From an uncultured Lentisphaerales bacterium (GTDB taxonomy: Bacteria > Verrucomicrobiota > Lentisphaeria > JABSQK01 > UBA12247): a DNA stretch of 64,000 nucleotides. The stretch lies in the NCBI GenBank assembly GCA_943788985.1, contig CALSSJ010000010.1, positions 96,001 to 160,000 on the forward strand, in the 5' to 3' direction. How positions within the stretch are numbered: the stretch's first letter is position 1; each line of letters starts with the position of its first letter. The translations under genes and the position numbers were made by a program. The notes below the pieces were generated by a model. The model saw only the letters and a program-made list of their open reading frames with translations, had not been told where the DNA came from and ran no database searches. Positions 14,605 through 24,418 of the stretch are shown piece after piece.

Positions 14605-16600
14605 TTAGGCCTGCAGGGTCTCGCCCTGGAAGACCATCAACTCGCCGACCAGCTTAGCGAAGCGCTGCGCGTCCTTCAAGTCACTGCCTTCCGACAGCAG
14701 AGCCTGGTTGTAGAGCAAGTCCACGTAGTCACCGAGCTTGTCCTTGTTGTCCGCACCAAGCAGGCCATCCATAATGCCAACCAATGCGTGATCGGGATTC
14801 AGCTCGAAAACCCGCTTGCTGGCAGGTACGTCCTGATTCATGCTCTTGAAGATACGCTCCATGTGCGCGTTCATGCCGCCCTCACCGGCCACCAAGCAGC
14901 TTGGGCTGTCGGTCAGGCGATTCGAAAAGCGCACTTCCTCCACATCTTCGCCCAAGTGCTCTTTGACGTAGGTCAACAGATCCTTATGCGTCTCGCCAGC
15001 AGCATCCAGCTTCTCCTTGCTCTCGGCATCATCACCCAGCTCCAGGTCGCCGCGGTCCACCGGTTGCAACTGCATGCCGTCGTACTCGGTGAGCGCTTGG
15101 ATGACCCATTCATCAATCGCGTCGGTCAGGTACAGCACTTCGTAGCTCTTCTTCTTGAAGACTTCCAGGTGTGGGGAAGCTTCCACTGCGGTGCGGCTGT
15201 CGCCCGTGATGTAGTAGATCGCCTTCTGGTCTTCCGGCATCCGATTGCGCACTTCGCGCAGGTCAGTCAGCACACCAGCCTCAGTCATGCTGCTCTCGAA
15301 CAACACCAGCTCTTGCAGCTTGTCACGATTCGTCGTGTCGAAGTGCAGCCCTTCCTTGAGGATCTTGCCGAACTCTTGGTAGAACGCCAGGTACTTATCG
15401 TTCTGCTTGGTCTTCATCTTCTTCAGCGTGCTAAGGATCTTCGTCGTCAGGTTGCGCTGGATGCGCTTGACCATCGCATCTTCCTGCAGCAACTCACGAG
15501 ACACATTCAGTGGCAGGTCATTGCACTGCACCACACCCTTCACGAACCGCAAGTACTCAGGCACCAGCTCTTTGCAGTCGTCCATGATAAAAACGCGCTT
15601 CACGAACAAGTGAATGCCCCGGCGGCTTTGCTCCGGCATGTAGAGATCCATCGGTGCCGTTGACGGCAGATAGAGCAACGCGGTGAACTCCACCATGCCC
15701 TCAGCCGTGAAATGGATAATCTCGGAAGGCTCATCGTAGTTGTGGGAGATATGACGGTAGAAGTCTTTGTACTCGTCGTCCTTGATCTCGCTCTTCGGCC
15801 GGGTCCACAGCGCCTTCTGGGAGTTCAAAGTCTGCGTGTCCACGGTTACGACCGCGTCTTCGCCTTCGATGATGTTGCCTTCCTCATCCTTCGGCTGCTC
15901 TTCGCGCGTGATGTCCATCACGACCGGGTATTCGACAAAGTCAGAATACTGCTTCACGACCTTGCGCAGCTTCCACTCGTCCAGGTACTCGCCAAAATCA
16001 GACGTATCTGCTGGATCGTTGTCTTCGTCGTCGTCAGACTCGATCACGACTTGGTTCTTGAGATGCAGGACAATCTCCGTGCCCGGCTCATCCTTGGTCG
16101 CATCATTTACTGTGTAGGAGCCATCTCCGGTCGAGGTCCAGCTCGTTGCGGAGTCCGCAGGCTGATCCGCGCGGCGGGTCACCAGGCTCACTTTATCCGC
16201 GACCATGAATGCGGAATAGAAACCAACACCAAACTGCCCGATCATGTCAGGATTTCCGGCAGCGTTCGCAGCCTTCAATTCCTGCAGGAACGCCTTAGTC
16301 CCCGAGCTGGCGATCGTGCCAATATTTTTCTCTACTTCCTCGCGGCTCATGCCGATACCGGTGTCGGTAATCGTGAGCGTATGCGCATCCTTGTCTGGAC
16401 TCAGCTTGATCTGCGCAGTCGCATCGTCGAACAGAATCTCCTTATTAGACAGCGACTCGAAGCGCCGGCGGTCAATCGCGTCAGACGCGTTCGACACCAG
16501 TTCGCGCAGAAAAAATCTCTTTATTCGAGTACAACGAGTGGATAACCAGCTCCAGCAGTTGCTGGACCTCTGTCTTAAATTTCTTGGTGCTCTTGCCCAT
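14605..16600 (-). CDS. htpG: Chaperone HtpG (Hsp90), with a +1 frameshift in a homopolymer near 16510
   Basis: [30 protein letters not shown] from ATG 16600 (AAGGAG RBS) joins [11 protein letters not shown] after one extra base; [10 protein letters not shown] and LPLNVSRE motifs. Confidence 0.93.
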
Positions 16601-16708
16601 GCTAAAATCTCCTTGGAGAACGTTTGCTGAATGAATTGTAGTGAATAGAGTCAAGCTTGGTATGGTCGTTTGTTGCGCGCGCCATTCAACCGCAATTGCA
16701 CAGGCTTC

Positions 16709-18812
16709 ATGGCAAAACGATCCCGCAAAAAGACCCCTGAGACAGCAAATCTTCCGTTTGGTTTCATCTTGGCTGGGATCCTCCTCGCGACCGCCGCTGA
16801 TCTACGCGCCCGTCACCGGCTTCGACTTCGTCAACTACGACGATGACGTCTATGTGGTCGACAATCCCCACCTCCGCGATGGCCTGAGCGCCACCACCGT
16901 GCGCTGGGCCTTCACCCAGCTGCATGCCAGCAACTGGCACCCGCTCACCTGGCTGTCACACGCGCTCGACGTCCAGCTCTTCGGCATGCGTCCGGGCGCG
17001 CACCACACCGTCAGCCTGCTGCTGCATCTCGCCAATGCCGCCCTGCTTGCGCTGCTCCTGTTGCGCATGACCGGCCGCCGCGGCTGCGCCCTCGCCGTCT
17101 GTGCGCTCTTCGCCCTGCACCCGCTCCGCGTCGAATCAGTCGCTTGGATTGCCGAGCGCAAAGACGTGCTGTCCACCTTCTTCGGCCTCCTCGCCATGCT
17201 CGCCTATTGCCAGGCGTTGCGGAGTTCGCAACGCCGGCGTTGGCTCGCTGCTTCGCTGGGCTGCTTTGCCTGCAGTCTGCTGGCCAAGCCCATGTTCGTC
17301 ACCCTGCCCTGCCTGCTGCTAGTGCTCGACATCTGGCCGTTCCAGCGCAAAACCCCGTGGAGCACGCTCCTAGTCGAGAAAATCCCGTACTTCCTGCTGG
17401 CTCTCGGTTCCTGCATCGCCACCGTGATCGCCCAACGCTCCGAGGCCATCGTCTCACTCGCGCATGTCGCCCCGGCAATGCGCCTACAAACCACCCTCGT
17501 CGCCTACGCCCGCTACCTGGGGGCCAGCATCTGGCCCGGTCCGCAGGCAGCACTGTATCCCTATCCCGATCACTGGCCGCTGCTGATCCTGCTGGCCGCG
17601 TCCGCTGCCGTTGCCGGCATCACCGCCGCCGCCTGGCGCTTCCGCCAAGCCCATCCGCATGCGCTCACTGGCTGGCTTTGGTACCTCGGCACCCTCGTCC
17701 CGGTGATCGGGCTCGTGCAGGTTGGCGAGCAGGCCTACGCAAATCGCTACAGCTACCTGCCCTGCATCGGCCTCGCCATTGCCATCGTCTGGACTCTGGC
17801 AGCCCTGCTGCCACGTCGCCCCGCCATCATCATCGCCGTGCTTGCCACGGTGCTTTGCGGAGTTCGCACCGCCCAAGAACTGCCCCACTGGCGCAACTCA
17901 GAAGCCCTGTTCCGGCGCGCGCTCGCCGTCACCAAAATCAATAGCATCGCCAGCAACAACCTCGCCCACGAGCTCAACCAGCGCGGCGACTACGCCGAGG
18001 CAGCCACCCTCCTCGCCGAGGCCCTCCAGCACAAGCCCCATCACGCGCCACTACTGAACAACTATGGCTTGAGCCTCAAGGGGCTGGGCAGGCCCGCAGA
18101 AGCCCTCCAAGCCTTCCAAACCGCCTTGACCAAGCGGCCCCGATTCGGCGACGCCGCAAACAACATCGGCGACATGCTCTCGCGGGCCGACAGGCACGAG
18201 GAAGCACTCCGCTTCTTCCGTGATGCCGAAGCCTTGAGCCCGTACGACGCCAGCCCGCCCTACAATCGTGCCAACACCCTGCGCAAACTGAAACGGTTCG
18301 ACGAAGCAATCGCCGCCTATCGCATTGCCCTGGCGCGAGATCCGAAATACACCAAGGCCTGGAACAATCTCGCCATTGTCCTCGCCCAGAGCGGCGACCA
18401 GAGCGCCGCCGCCGAAGCGTTTGAGCACGTCCTGCACCTCACCCCAGATGACAGCAGCGTGCGCCACAACTATTCCCTGCTGCTGGGGCAGATGAATCGC
18501 TACGACGACGCAATCGCCCAAAGTCGCCAGGCGCTACGCATCTGGCCCTCCTACCACCAAGCGATGGACCAGCTTGCCACGCTATTGCTCCGTCACCCAG
18601 ATCCGGCCAAGGCGAACCCAGCCGAGGCCGAACAGCTTGCGAACTCCGCAATCCAGCTGCACGCCAGCGACTGGCGCTATCACTTCCGGCTTGTGCGCGC
18701 CCAGCACGCGCAGGGCAAGGACAATTCCCAGGCGGTGGAGGCCGCGCTCGCCGTCGCGCCCAACCCCGCGATCCGAAAACGCATTCTAGAATTTCGCCGC
18801 GCAGCCCCATGA
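16709..18812 (+). CDS. TMTC-like membrane protein (putative GT-C mannosyltransferase) with C-terminal TPRs; probable frameshift near 16790
   Basis: [43 protein letters not shown] motifs plus TPRs; ATG 16709 gives MAKRSRKK plus a TM segment in a different frame. Confidence 0.85.
18591..18800 (+). repeat. 210-bp direct repeat, copy 1 (3' end of the TPR gene)
   Basis: Gapless alignment with 22622-22831, about 31 mismatches by manual count. Confidence 0.9.
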
Positions 18813-18871
18813 TCTCTGAGACTGTTTCGCTCCAGGAATTTCGCGCAGGCGGTCATGCATTGATCAGGCGA

Positions 18872-18894
18872 CTCGGGTCGGAGACCCAAGCTAC
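18872..18894 (-). repeat. REP-like palindrome
   Basis: GTAG followed by CTTGGGTC-TCC-GACCCGAG hairpin between convergent genes. Confidence 0.5.
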
Positions 18895-18963
18895 CGTTTC
18901 CTGGTTCCATGGCGCAGCGGAAGAAGATGGAGGTTGACCTTGACGAGTCGAAGGCCCTCTTCG

Positions 18964-19380
18964 CTACATCGTGAACCAGTTCTCGAGAGTCAGTCCGGGC
19001 CATTCGCTGAAATCGGCAGTGTTCCGTGTCACGAGCGTGAGGTTGTGATGGGTGGCGACAGCTGCAATCTGGCCGTCCACAAAGGTCGGCGTCAAGCCGC
19101 AGGATTCCAGTGCTGCTCGCTCCTGGGCGTGCAGAACGGCGGCAGCGTCATCGTAGGGGAGAACCGGTAGCCTGCTGACAACATCGTGAAGGTACTGCGC
19201 AATACGCTCGCGTTTGCGTCCCAGTGCCATGCGGGCAACTCCGTACTGAAGTTCATGCAGGACGGGGGCAGCGATGGCGATCTCATCCGCGTGCTCATCC
19301 AGTTTGACGAGAACGCCCCTATCTGGCTGTGGTCGTGCAGGTTCGGATATGATGTTGGTGTCAAGCAGGTAGAGAATCAT
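18964..19380 (-). CDS. vapC: VapC PIN-domain toxin
   Basis: YLLDTNIISE, E in LHELQYG, DGQIAA, LVTRNTADF. Confidence 0.93.
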   Translation of the reverse strand: MILYLLDTNIISEPARPQPDRGVLVKLDEHADEIAIAAPVLHELQYGVARMALGRKRERIAQYLHDVVSRLPVLPYDDAAAVLHAQERAALESCGLTPTFVDGQIAAVATHHNLTLVTRNTADFSEWPGLTLENWFTM

Positions 19381-19658
19381 TCAAAGACGTACCCGTCGCG
19401 TGGCATCCCGCGATCGCGCCAGCTATCGGCCTCTCCCTCCCTTAAGCACTCGTCAGACTCTGCTGAACGCTCTAGGAACGAATGGAGTGCAGGTTGAAAT
19501 CCCAAAGAAGACGATGCCAGAGCCTGATATCTGTCATGCGACATCACCACAGCGACAGGCTGCCCGTAGCGCGTAATTCCTATGTCTTCCCCGGCTTCCA
19601 CCTCATGGACCATGGCGGGTAGCTCATTCTTTGCCTGCGCTATGCTCAACGTCTTCAT
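19377..19658 (-). CDS. Phd/YefM-family antitoxin
   Basis: LSIAQAKNELPAMVHEVEAGEDIGITRYGQPVAVV; AGGAGA RBS; overlaps the toxin start. Confidence 0.92.
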   Translation of the reverse strand: MKTLSIAQAKNELPAMVHEVEAGEDIGITRYGQPVAVVMSHDRYQALASSSLGFQPALHSFLERSAESDECLREGEADSWRDRGMPRDGYVFE

Positions 19659-19697
19659 CGCCTGTCTCCTAGTATCACTGCTAGCCCTTGCTCCCCC

Positions 19698-19726
19698 ACT
19701 ATAGCCATAGGATGGCCATCTTTCAA
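19698..19726 (-). promoter_or_regulatory. Sigma70 promoter with tandem palindromic operators for the TA operon
   Basis: TTGAAA-17bp-TATAGT on the minus strand; ATGGCCAT and near-palindrome ATAGCCAT lie in the spacer/-10. Confidence 0.7.
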
Positions 19727-20234
19727 ATGTAGAGCTGTGCTGCTACTCTCCGCGAACCAATAGGTCATTCCCCCTCCAGCCGGTCAAGCGCAATGTGATG
19801 CAAATCGCTTGTCCCTAAGCCGAAGGCCGCGTTTTCTGTCCATCGCCCGTAATCCGCGTGTGGTGACCTCCATCTCCACTTGTCAATTGAATGCTCCATG
19901 TTGGCTGTTTAGGATCACCTTGAGCGAGCTCGGTTTCGCGAGAATGAAATTGGCTCACTGGCATCCATAGGGTGCCGCTCCTATCTAATCTTAATCCAAA
20001 TTCTCCTACATTCTCTGGAGACCGCCATTCTCCAAGGCGCCGAATACCCACCGGTTTTGAGCAGGTCTGGGACTTTCAGCCCGATGCCTTTTGGTGAAAT
20101 CCCCGATGTCTATTTCGGACCGCAGCGAGTTCCCAGGCAGGACGCTTCCTGAAAGTTGTTGTTTACACACATAAACTGAAACACCTATGGGATGCCTGTC
20201 AGGGTGGTTGCGGGTTGCGGATGCAACGCGCTAG

Positions 20235-20681
20235 TCAAGGCCGGGCAGCGGCCAGATCGGCGACGAGCTCGACGACGGCGGCCAGATAGGCGTCCCACGC
20301 GATCGCTGTCCACGTGGCCTTATACGTGGAAAGTGGGGCAGATATGTACAGAGATGGTTGGCTGTCGGCCAAAGCCTGCGCGGCTATGGCATCGAGTTGA
20401 ATCTGCAGGTCAGGTGGAGCGATGCCGTGGGCTTCGAGGAGGGCCTGGAGCTCAGGATCAAAGCTGTTCCGGTGGCGCTGAAAGAGCGATTTGGCACCGG
20501 TGAGTGGATTGAGGGCGCGAATGGCGTCGGAGAGGTGCTCGCGCCGAGAGGCGTGCTTACGACAGAGGGCTTGGACTTCGCGGACGGCGGGGGCCGTGGG
20601 TTGGCCAATCGGGCCGGGCTGGGGCGTGCAGGCCCCAGCGAAAAGCATGACACCGAGATGAACGAAAGGCTTGGTTTCCAT
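20235..20681 (-). CDS. Putative lipoprotein, unknown function
   Basis: Lipobox-like LFAGAC near the N-terminus; AAGGAGG RBS just upstream. Confidence 0.55.
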   Translation of the reverse strand: METKPFVHLGVMLFAGACTPQPGPIGQPTAPAVREVQALCRKHASRREHLSDAIRALNPLTGAKSLFQRHRNSFDPELQALLEAHGIAPPDLQIQLDAIAAQALADSQPSLYISAPLSTYKATWTAIAWDAYLAAVVELVADLAAARP

Positions 20682-20840
20682 TTTATCCTCCTTGCGGATG
20701 GTTGCGGGTTTCGCAAGCTCGTCAACGCGAGCTGTTGCGTTTCACCGGTCACTATGGGAGGGAGGCGCGTGCCAGATGGTGTCACGGTGGGAGTCGCCCT
20801 CCCCTACTTACCCGAGTCGGAGAACTCGTCCTCGGCCTTT

Positions 20841-21338
20841 TCAGTCTACTGAGGCGCGGAGGAGCGCGGTCAGAACCAAGCCGATGTCCGAGGCGTCGAG
20901 GCGGAGCGAGACGCAGAGGTCGTCTTCGGACTCACAGGCGTTGATGCGGATTGGCAATGGCGTTGAGAGAGTGGATACCTCTGCGATGCCACGGTGCGTC
21001 TCGACCATCTCGTTGCGGGATTCGCAATGAAGCAAACGGACAGCCTGGCACGTACCGGGCACAGAGATCCGGGCCAGCATCGCGTCGGTTGCGGAGATCG
21101 CACTCGCCAGAATGCACTCCTCGCGGCTGCCGTTACCGACTTGGAACGACGATGTGCCGTAGGTCATTGCTTGGATCATGGATGGTAGAGAATGGCCATC
21201 GCTCCAGGCAGCAACTCTGGCGTCTGCGGGAGCCTGGCAGAGCCGGGCGAGTGCGCGCTGGCGCGAGATTCCTTGGTGGCATCCCTGCGTATCGCTGAAA
21301 AAGTGCCAGTTGTGGAGTTCGGGAGCGTCCTTGCTCAT
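20841..21338 (-). CDS. Hypothetical protein coupled to the WYL gene
   Basis: ATGA overlap with the WYL stop; no recognised motif. Confidence 0.5.
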   Translation of the reverse strand: MSKDAPELHNWHFFSDTQGCHQGISRQRALARLCQAPADARVAAWSDGHSLPSMIQAMTYGTSSFQVGNGSREECILASAISATDAMLARISVPGTCQAVRLLHCESRNEMVETHRGIAEVSTLSTPLPIRINACESEDDLCVSLRLDASDIGLVLTALLRASVD

Positions 21339-22351
21339 GGGGAACTCTTGGTGTCGTGCTCTGGATAGCGGGCGAGCCGTCCAGTGCTCTGGGGCGCGTG
21401 GTGGGCGTTGGCGACTGCACGGGCTTTGGTCATGATCTCAGCGCGAAGCTCTTCCGGCTCGACCACTTGGAGCTCGGGGGCATTATAGAGGATCCAAGAA
21501 ACCACGACGGGGCGCGGTACGCGAGGGAAAAGCATTTCGAGGCCGCCGTCCGGAAGCCGCCGGTCGTACTGACCGGCGAACCACTCTCGCTCGGCATAGA
21601 ACCCCGCGCAGTCGGCTGCGCAACGTACTTTGACATTCTCGACAGTTTCCAAACCGAGGACGTTTCCTGTGCGAAGATGAGTCAGCAGGCCTTCTCGCGG
21701 GAGGAAGGCTTCCTGCGTGCGGTGTGCGTCGGCGACTCGGTGGAGAGCAAGGGTTCGGGCTGCGTTGCGCAGTCGACACCAGACACGGGCATACCAAATG
21801 CCCTCTTGCGCGAAGAGAGCGTGGATTTCGATGTCGCGACGTGCAGCGGAACGGCGCGGCGACGTGTAGTCCACGCGCAGTACGTGGCGCTGCTTCCAGG
21901 CATAAAGGATGTCTTCGATCGTGTCGGCTTGCAGATCTGCAATACCGTTGGTGGCGAGGATCAAAGGCAGCAGGGCTTGGACTTCGGCAGCTTCGGGACG
22001 AACCAGCGACACAGGCGCGTACATAGCCTCGCGGAGGACGGGGCTCAATGCCAGCTCGATACCTCCGCCAACCACGACATTCGGTAGCACTTCAGCCCCG
22101 CACAGCGGGGCGATGGGGAAGGCCCAGTGCTCATCAACGAGCGCGTAGCCGTGCTCCTCTGGGTCGTATTCGAGCGGGCAGTCGAGCACATCGCGCAGGT
22201 AGGCGATGTCGCGTTTGATGGTCCGCACGCTGGCGGCCAACGGCCCATCGTGAAGCTCGGCGGCGTAGCTCTCGGCGTTTGGGTAGCATCGGGTTTTAAG
22301 CCGCTCGATGAAGCCGATAATTCGATTGAGCTGGCGGCGTTGGGGCTCCAA
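21335..22351 (-). CDS. WYL-domain transcriptional regulator (YafY/PafB-like, HTH-WYL-WCX)
   Basis: SVRTIKRDIAYLRD HTH; RRDIEIHALFAQEGIWYARVWCRLRNAARTLALHRV WYL core; VVEPEELRAEI WCX. Confidence 0.9.
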   Translation of the reverse strand: MEPQRRQLNRIIGFIERLKTRCYPNAESYAAELHDGPLAASVRTIKRDIAYLRDVLDCPLEYDPEEHGYALVDEHWAFPIAPLCGAEVLPNVVVGGGIELALSPVLREAMYAPVSLVRPEAAEVQALLPLILATNGIADLQADTIEDILYAWKQRHVLRVDYTSPRRSAARRDIEIHALFAQEGIWYARVWCRLRNAARTLALHRVADAHRTQEAFLPREGLLTHLRTGNVLGLETVENVKVRCAADCAGFYAEREWFAGQYDRRLPDGGLEMLFPRVPRPVVVSWILYNAPELQVVEPEELRAEIMTKARAVANAHHAPQSTGRLARYPEHDTKSSP

Positions 22352-22621
22352 GATGACATCTCCCAGGTTGTGGTGTCGGGACTAGTGAGTGAGGTAGAAA
22401 GGCTCTCATCCCAAACGAAGAAACATGCAGGGGCAGGCCATATCGTGGCACGGGCCTGCCAGCAAGACAAGAATACCGGCTAACTCGATCCGGTCCAATA
22501 TAGACGGCATTGGCTTACGGCCCGGCTTCATTATCGGCCATGGGGGACGCGTCCCGCGAACTGAACTTCAGTAGGCGGCACTGAGCGCCACACCTACTCC
22601 CTGTTGCTGGACGGGATGGCT

Positions 22622-22834
22622 CGTCACCCAGATCCAGCGAGGCGCGGCGCAGCCGAGGCCGAACAGCTTGCGAACTCCGCAATCCAGCTGCATGCCGGCG
22701 ACTGGCGCTATCATTTTCGCCTCGTGCGCGCCCAGCATGCGCTGGATAAGGACAATGCCCAGGCGTTGGCGTCCGCGCTCGCCATCGCCCCGAGCCCCGC
22801 GATCCGAAAACGCATCCACGAATTTAGCCGCTGA
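22622..22834 (+). repeat. 210-bp direct repeat, copy 2 (orphan 3' end of the TPR gene with its own stop)
   Basis: Translates [39 protein letters not shown]...IRKRIHEFSR*, matching the C-terminus of 16709-18812. Confidence 0.9.
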
Positions 22835-23059
22835 CGCAGCGTCCCGGTGGTCCGAAAGAGTTTGTTGACGTCAAACACAGCGACTGCCCTTGTCGGAGTC
22901 CCGCCTTCAGGCCGCAGTTTATGAGCAGGTTTAGCGGCCGAAGCGCCCGTAGAGAACCGCCCCCAAAAGCGGAAGCTTCGCGGGCTCAGCCGAGCTTGCG
23001 AGACAGCCGAAGGCAACCCCGTCGGCAACCGCCCCATTTACGCAGACTCGTTTTGCGCG

Positions 23060-24373
23060 ATGCGTGGCAAGGAGTACTTTGCCGTGATGGATTGCATCTG
23101 TCACAACTTCTATTTCTCCCGGCCTTTGCGCAGCGACTGGGCACACTGGTGCTGGGAATTTGGCGAGCGCTACGCCGAGACCTTCAAACTCTCGATCGAT
23201 CGCTACGATTTCACGCCCTATGATCACCATCCGGGCGGCAAAAACCAGGACGAGATCGACGACGCGCTGCGCGAGGACCTCGCCGCCGAACGTGTCATGA
23301 CCTTGGTCATGTGCTCGGACGACGCCGGTCGCGACGAGGAGGGGGGCGAGACCTTCGCCTTCAGCGTCGCAGACCTTCGCCACAGCCACGGCTACGGGCA
23401 GATCTACCTCCAAGTTGCGAAGTCCGCATACCCAGTAGGGCAGGCCGCTCGCGACACGATCCGCGCCATCCTCGACGACCTTACCACCATGTTTCAGGTG
23501 GATTACGGCTTCGTCGACCAACTCCCCGCGAACGAACGCCCGCGCTACTACTACAGCGGCATCGGCCTGCGTTCGTTCTCCGAGAACGCCGAGCGCGACT
23601 TCCTCGAATGGGACGTGCAGGCGCCATACTTTCGCAACCTCTACCGCTCCGTCACCTGGGGCACCTGGCTGACGCCCGGACATTGGGGCGCAAGCGTTGC
23701 GCCGGATACGATCCTCGCCGACCTGTCGGCCACGGGCGCGCAGGGATTCATCCCTGGGACCTATCCCGGCGTCTTCATCGGAGCCGCCGGTGAAATTATG
23801 AGCAGTGCGGACCCCGCATTTGGCGCCTTTGGTGAGCGTCTCGCTGCCGCGCTGAAGACACTCAACATTCACAGCATGCACACCTACCAGCCGAGCGAGG
23901 ATACGCTCTTTGCGGTCGCTCCGCATCCGGTCATCGACCGCGGACAGACCGAGCCAGAACCGGCACCGGTCTTCGAGGAAGAAATGCCGATGATCCCCAG
24001 CGACGACGATGGCCCCGTCACCTCCGTGATGACGCTCGAAGCATTCTTCCATCCAGCCCAAGACGAGAGCGCGATCGGGCGCAGCCTGCTCGATCACCCG
24101 GGTCTCGAGGCCTTCGCTGACACATTTCGCGAACTCCGCAGAGACAAATCCGTGTCCGATGTCGTCATTCAAATCTCGAATGATGATCCGGACGACGAAC
24201 GCGACCTCGCAGAATGGGTCTACATCACCACCTCGCACGACCAAGACGTCCTCGAAGACAGGCTGGCAGATCTGCAGCCAGATGTCATCCACCAAGGCCT
24301 GCCGCCGGGAGCTCCAGACGGATTTCCGCCGCCACCGACGGGAATGGAGATTTTCGCGGTCTGGTGGGACTGA
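23060..24373 (+). CDS. Acidic two-domain hypothetical protein, possibly immunity-protein-like
   Basis: 437-aa ORF with genome-typical codon bias; PEPEPAP linker; ends in WWD. Confidence 0.7.
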   Translation: MRGKEYFAVMDCICHNFYFSRPLRSDWAHWCWEFGERYAETFKLSIDRYDFTPYDHHPGGKNQDEIDDALREDLAAERVMTLVMCSDDAGRDEEGGETFAFSVADLRHSHGYGQIYLQVAKSAYPVGQAARDTIRAILDDLTTMFQVDYGFVDQLPANERPRYYYSGIGLRSFSENAERDFLEWDVQAPYFRNLYRSVTWGTWLTPGHWGASVAPDTILADLSATGAQGFIPGTYPGVFIGAAGEIMSSADPAFGAFGERLAAALKTLNIHSMHTYQPSEDTLFAVAPHPVIDRGQTEPEPAPVFEEEMPMIPSDDDGPVTSVMTLEAFFHPAQDESAIGRSLLDHPGLEAFADTFRELRRDKSVSDVVIQISNDDPDDERDLAEWVYITTSHDQDVLEDRLADLQPDVIHQGLPPGAPDGFPPPPTGMEIFAVWWD

Positions 24374-24418
24374 ACCTTTTTATCATAAAGAAAATATAGA
24401 AAACGACCTGGAGACACG

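Noticed and set aside
19730..20230. AT-richer intergenic stretch as a possible ncRNA or gene
   Set aside because: No recognisable RNA family motif or convincing ORF by eye; an Rfam or profile search would be needed.
22446..22460. Sigma54 promoter-like TGGCACGGGCCTGC upstream of the WYL gene
   Set aside because: GG-to-GC spacing is 9 rather than 10, and it points away from the gene.
18591..22834. DGR template/variable repeat pair (prompted by the Avd-like gene)
   Set aside because: Mismatches are not adenine-specific (many C/T and G/C synonymous changes) and no reverse transcriptase is in the window.
22931..24295. Long antisense or alternative-frame ORFs (also 43232-44293, 45131-46267, 14788-15663)
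   Set aside because: Shadow ORFs of well-supported genes in GC-rich DNA, with no recognisable motifs.
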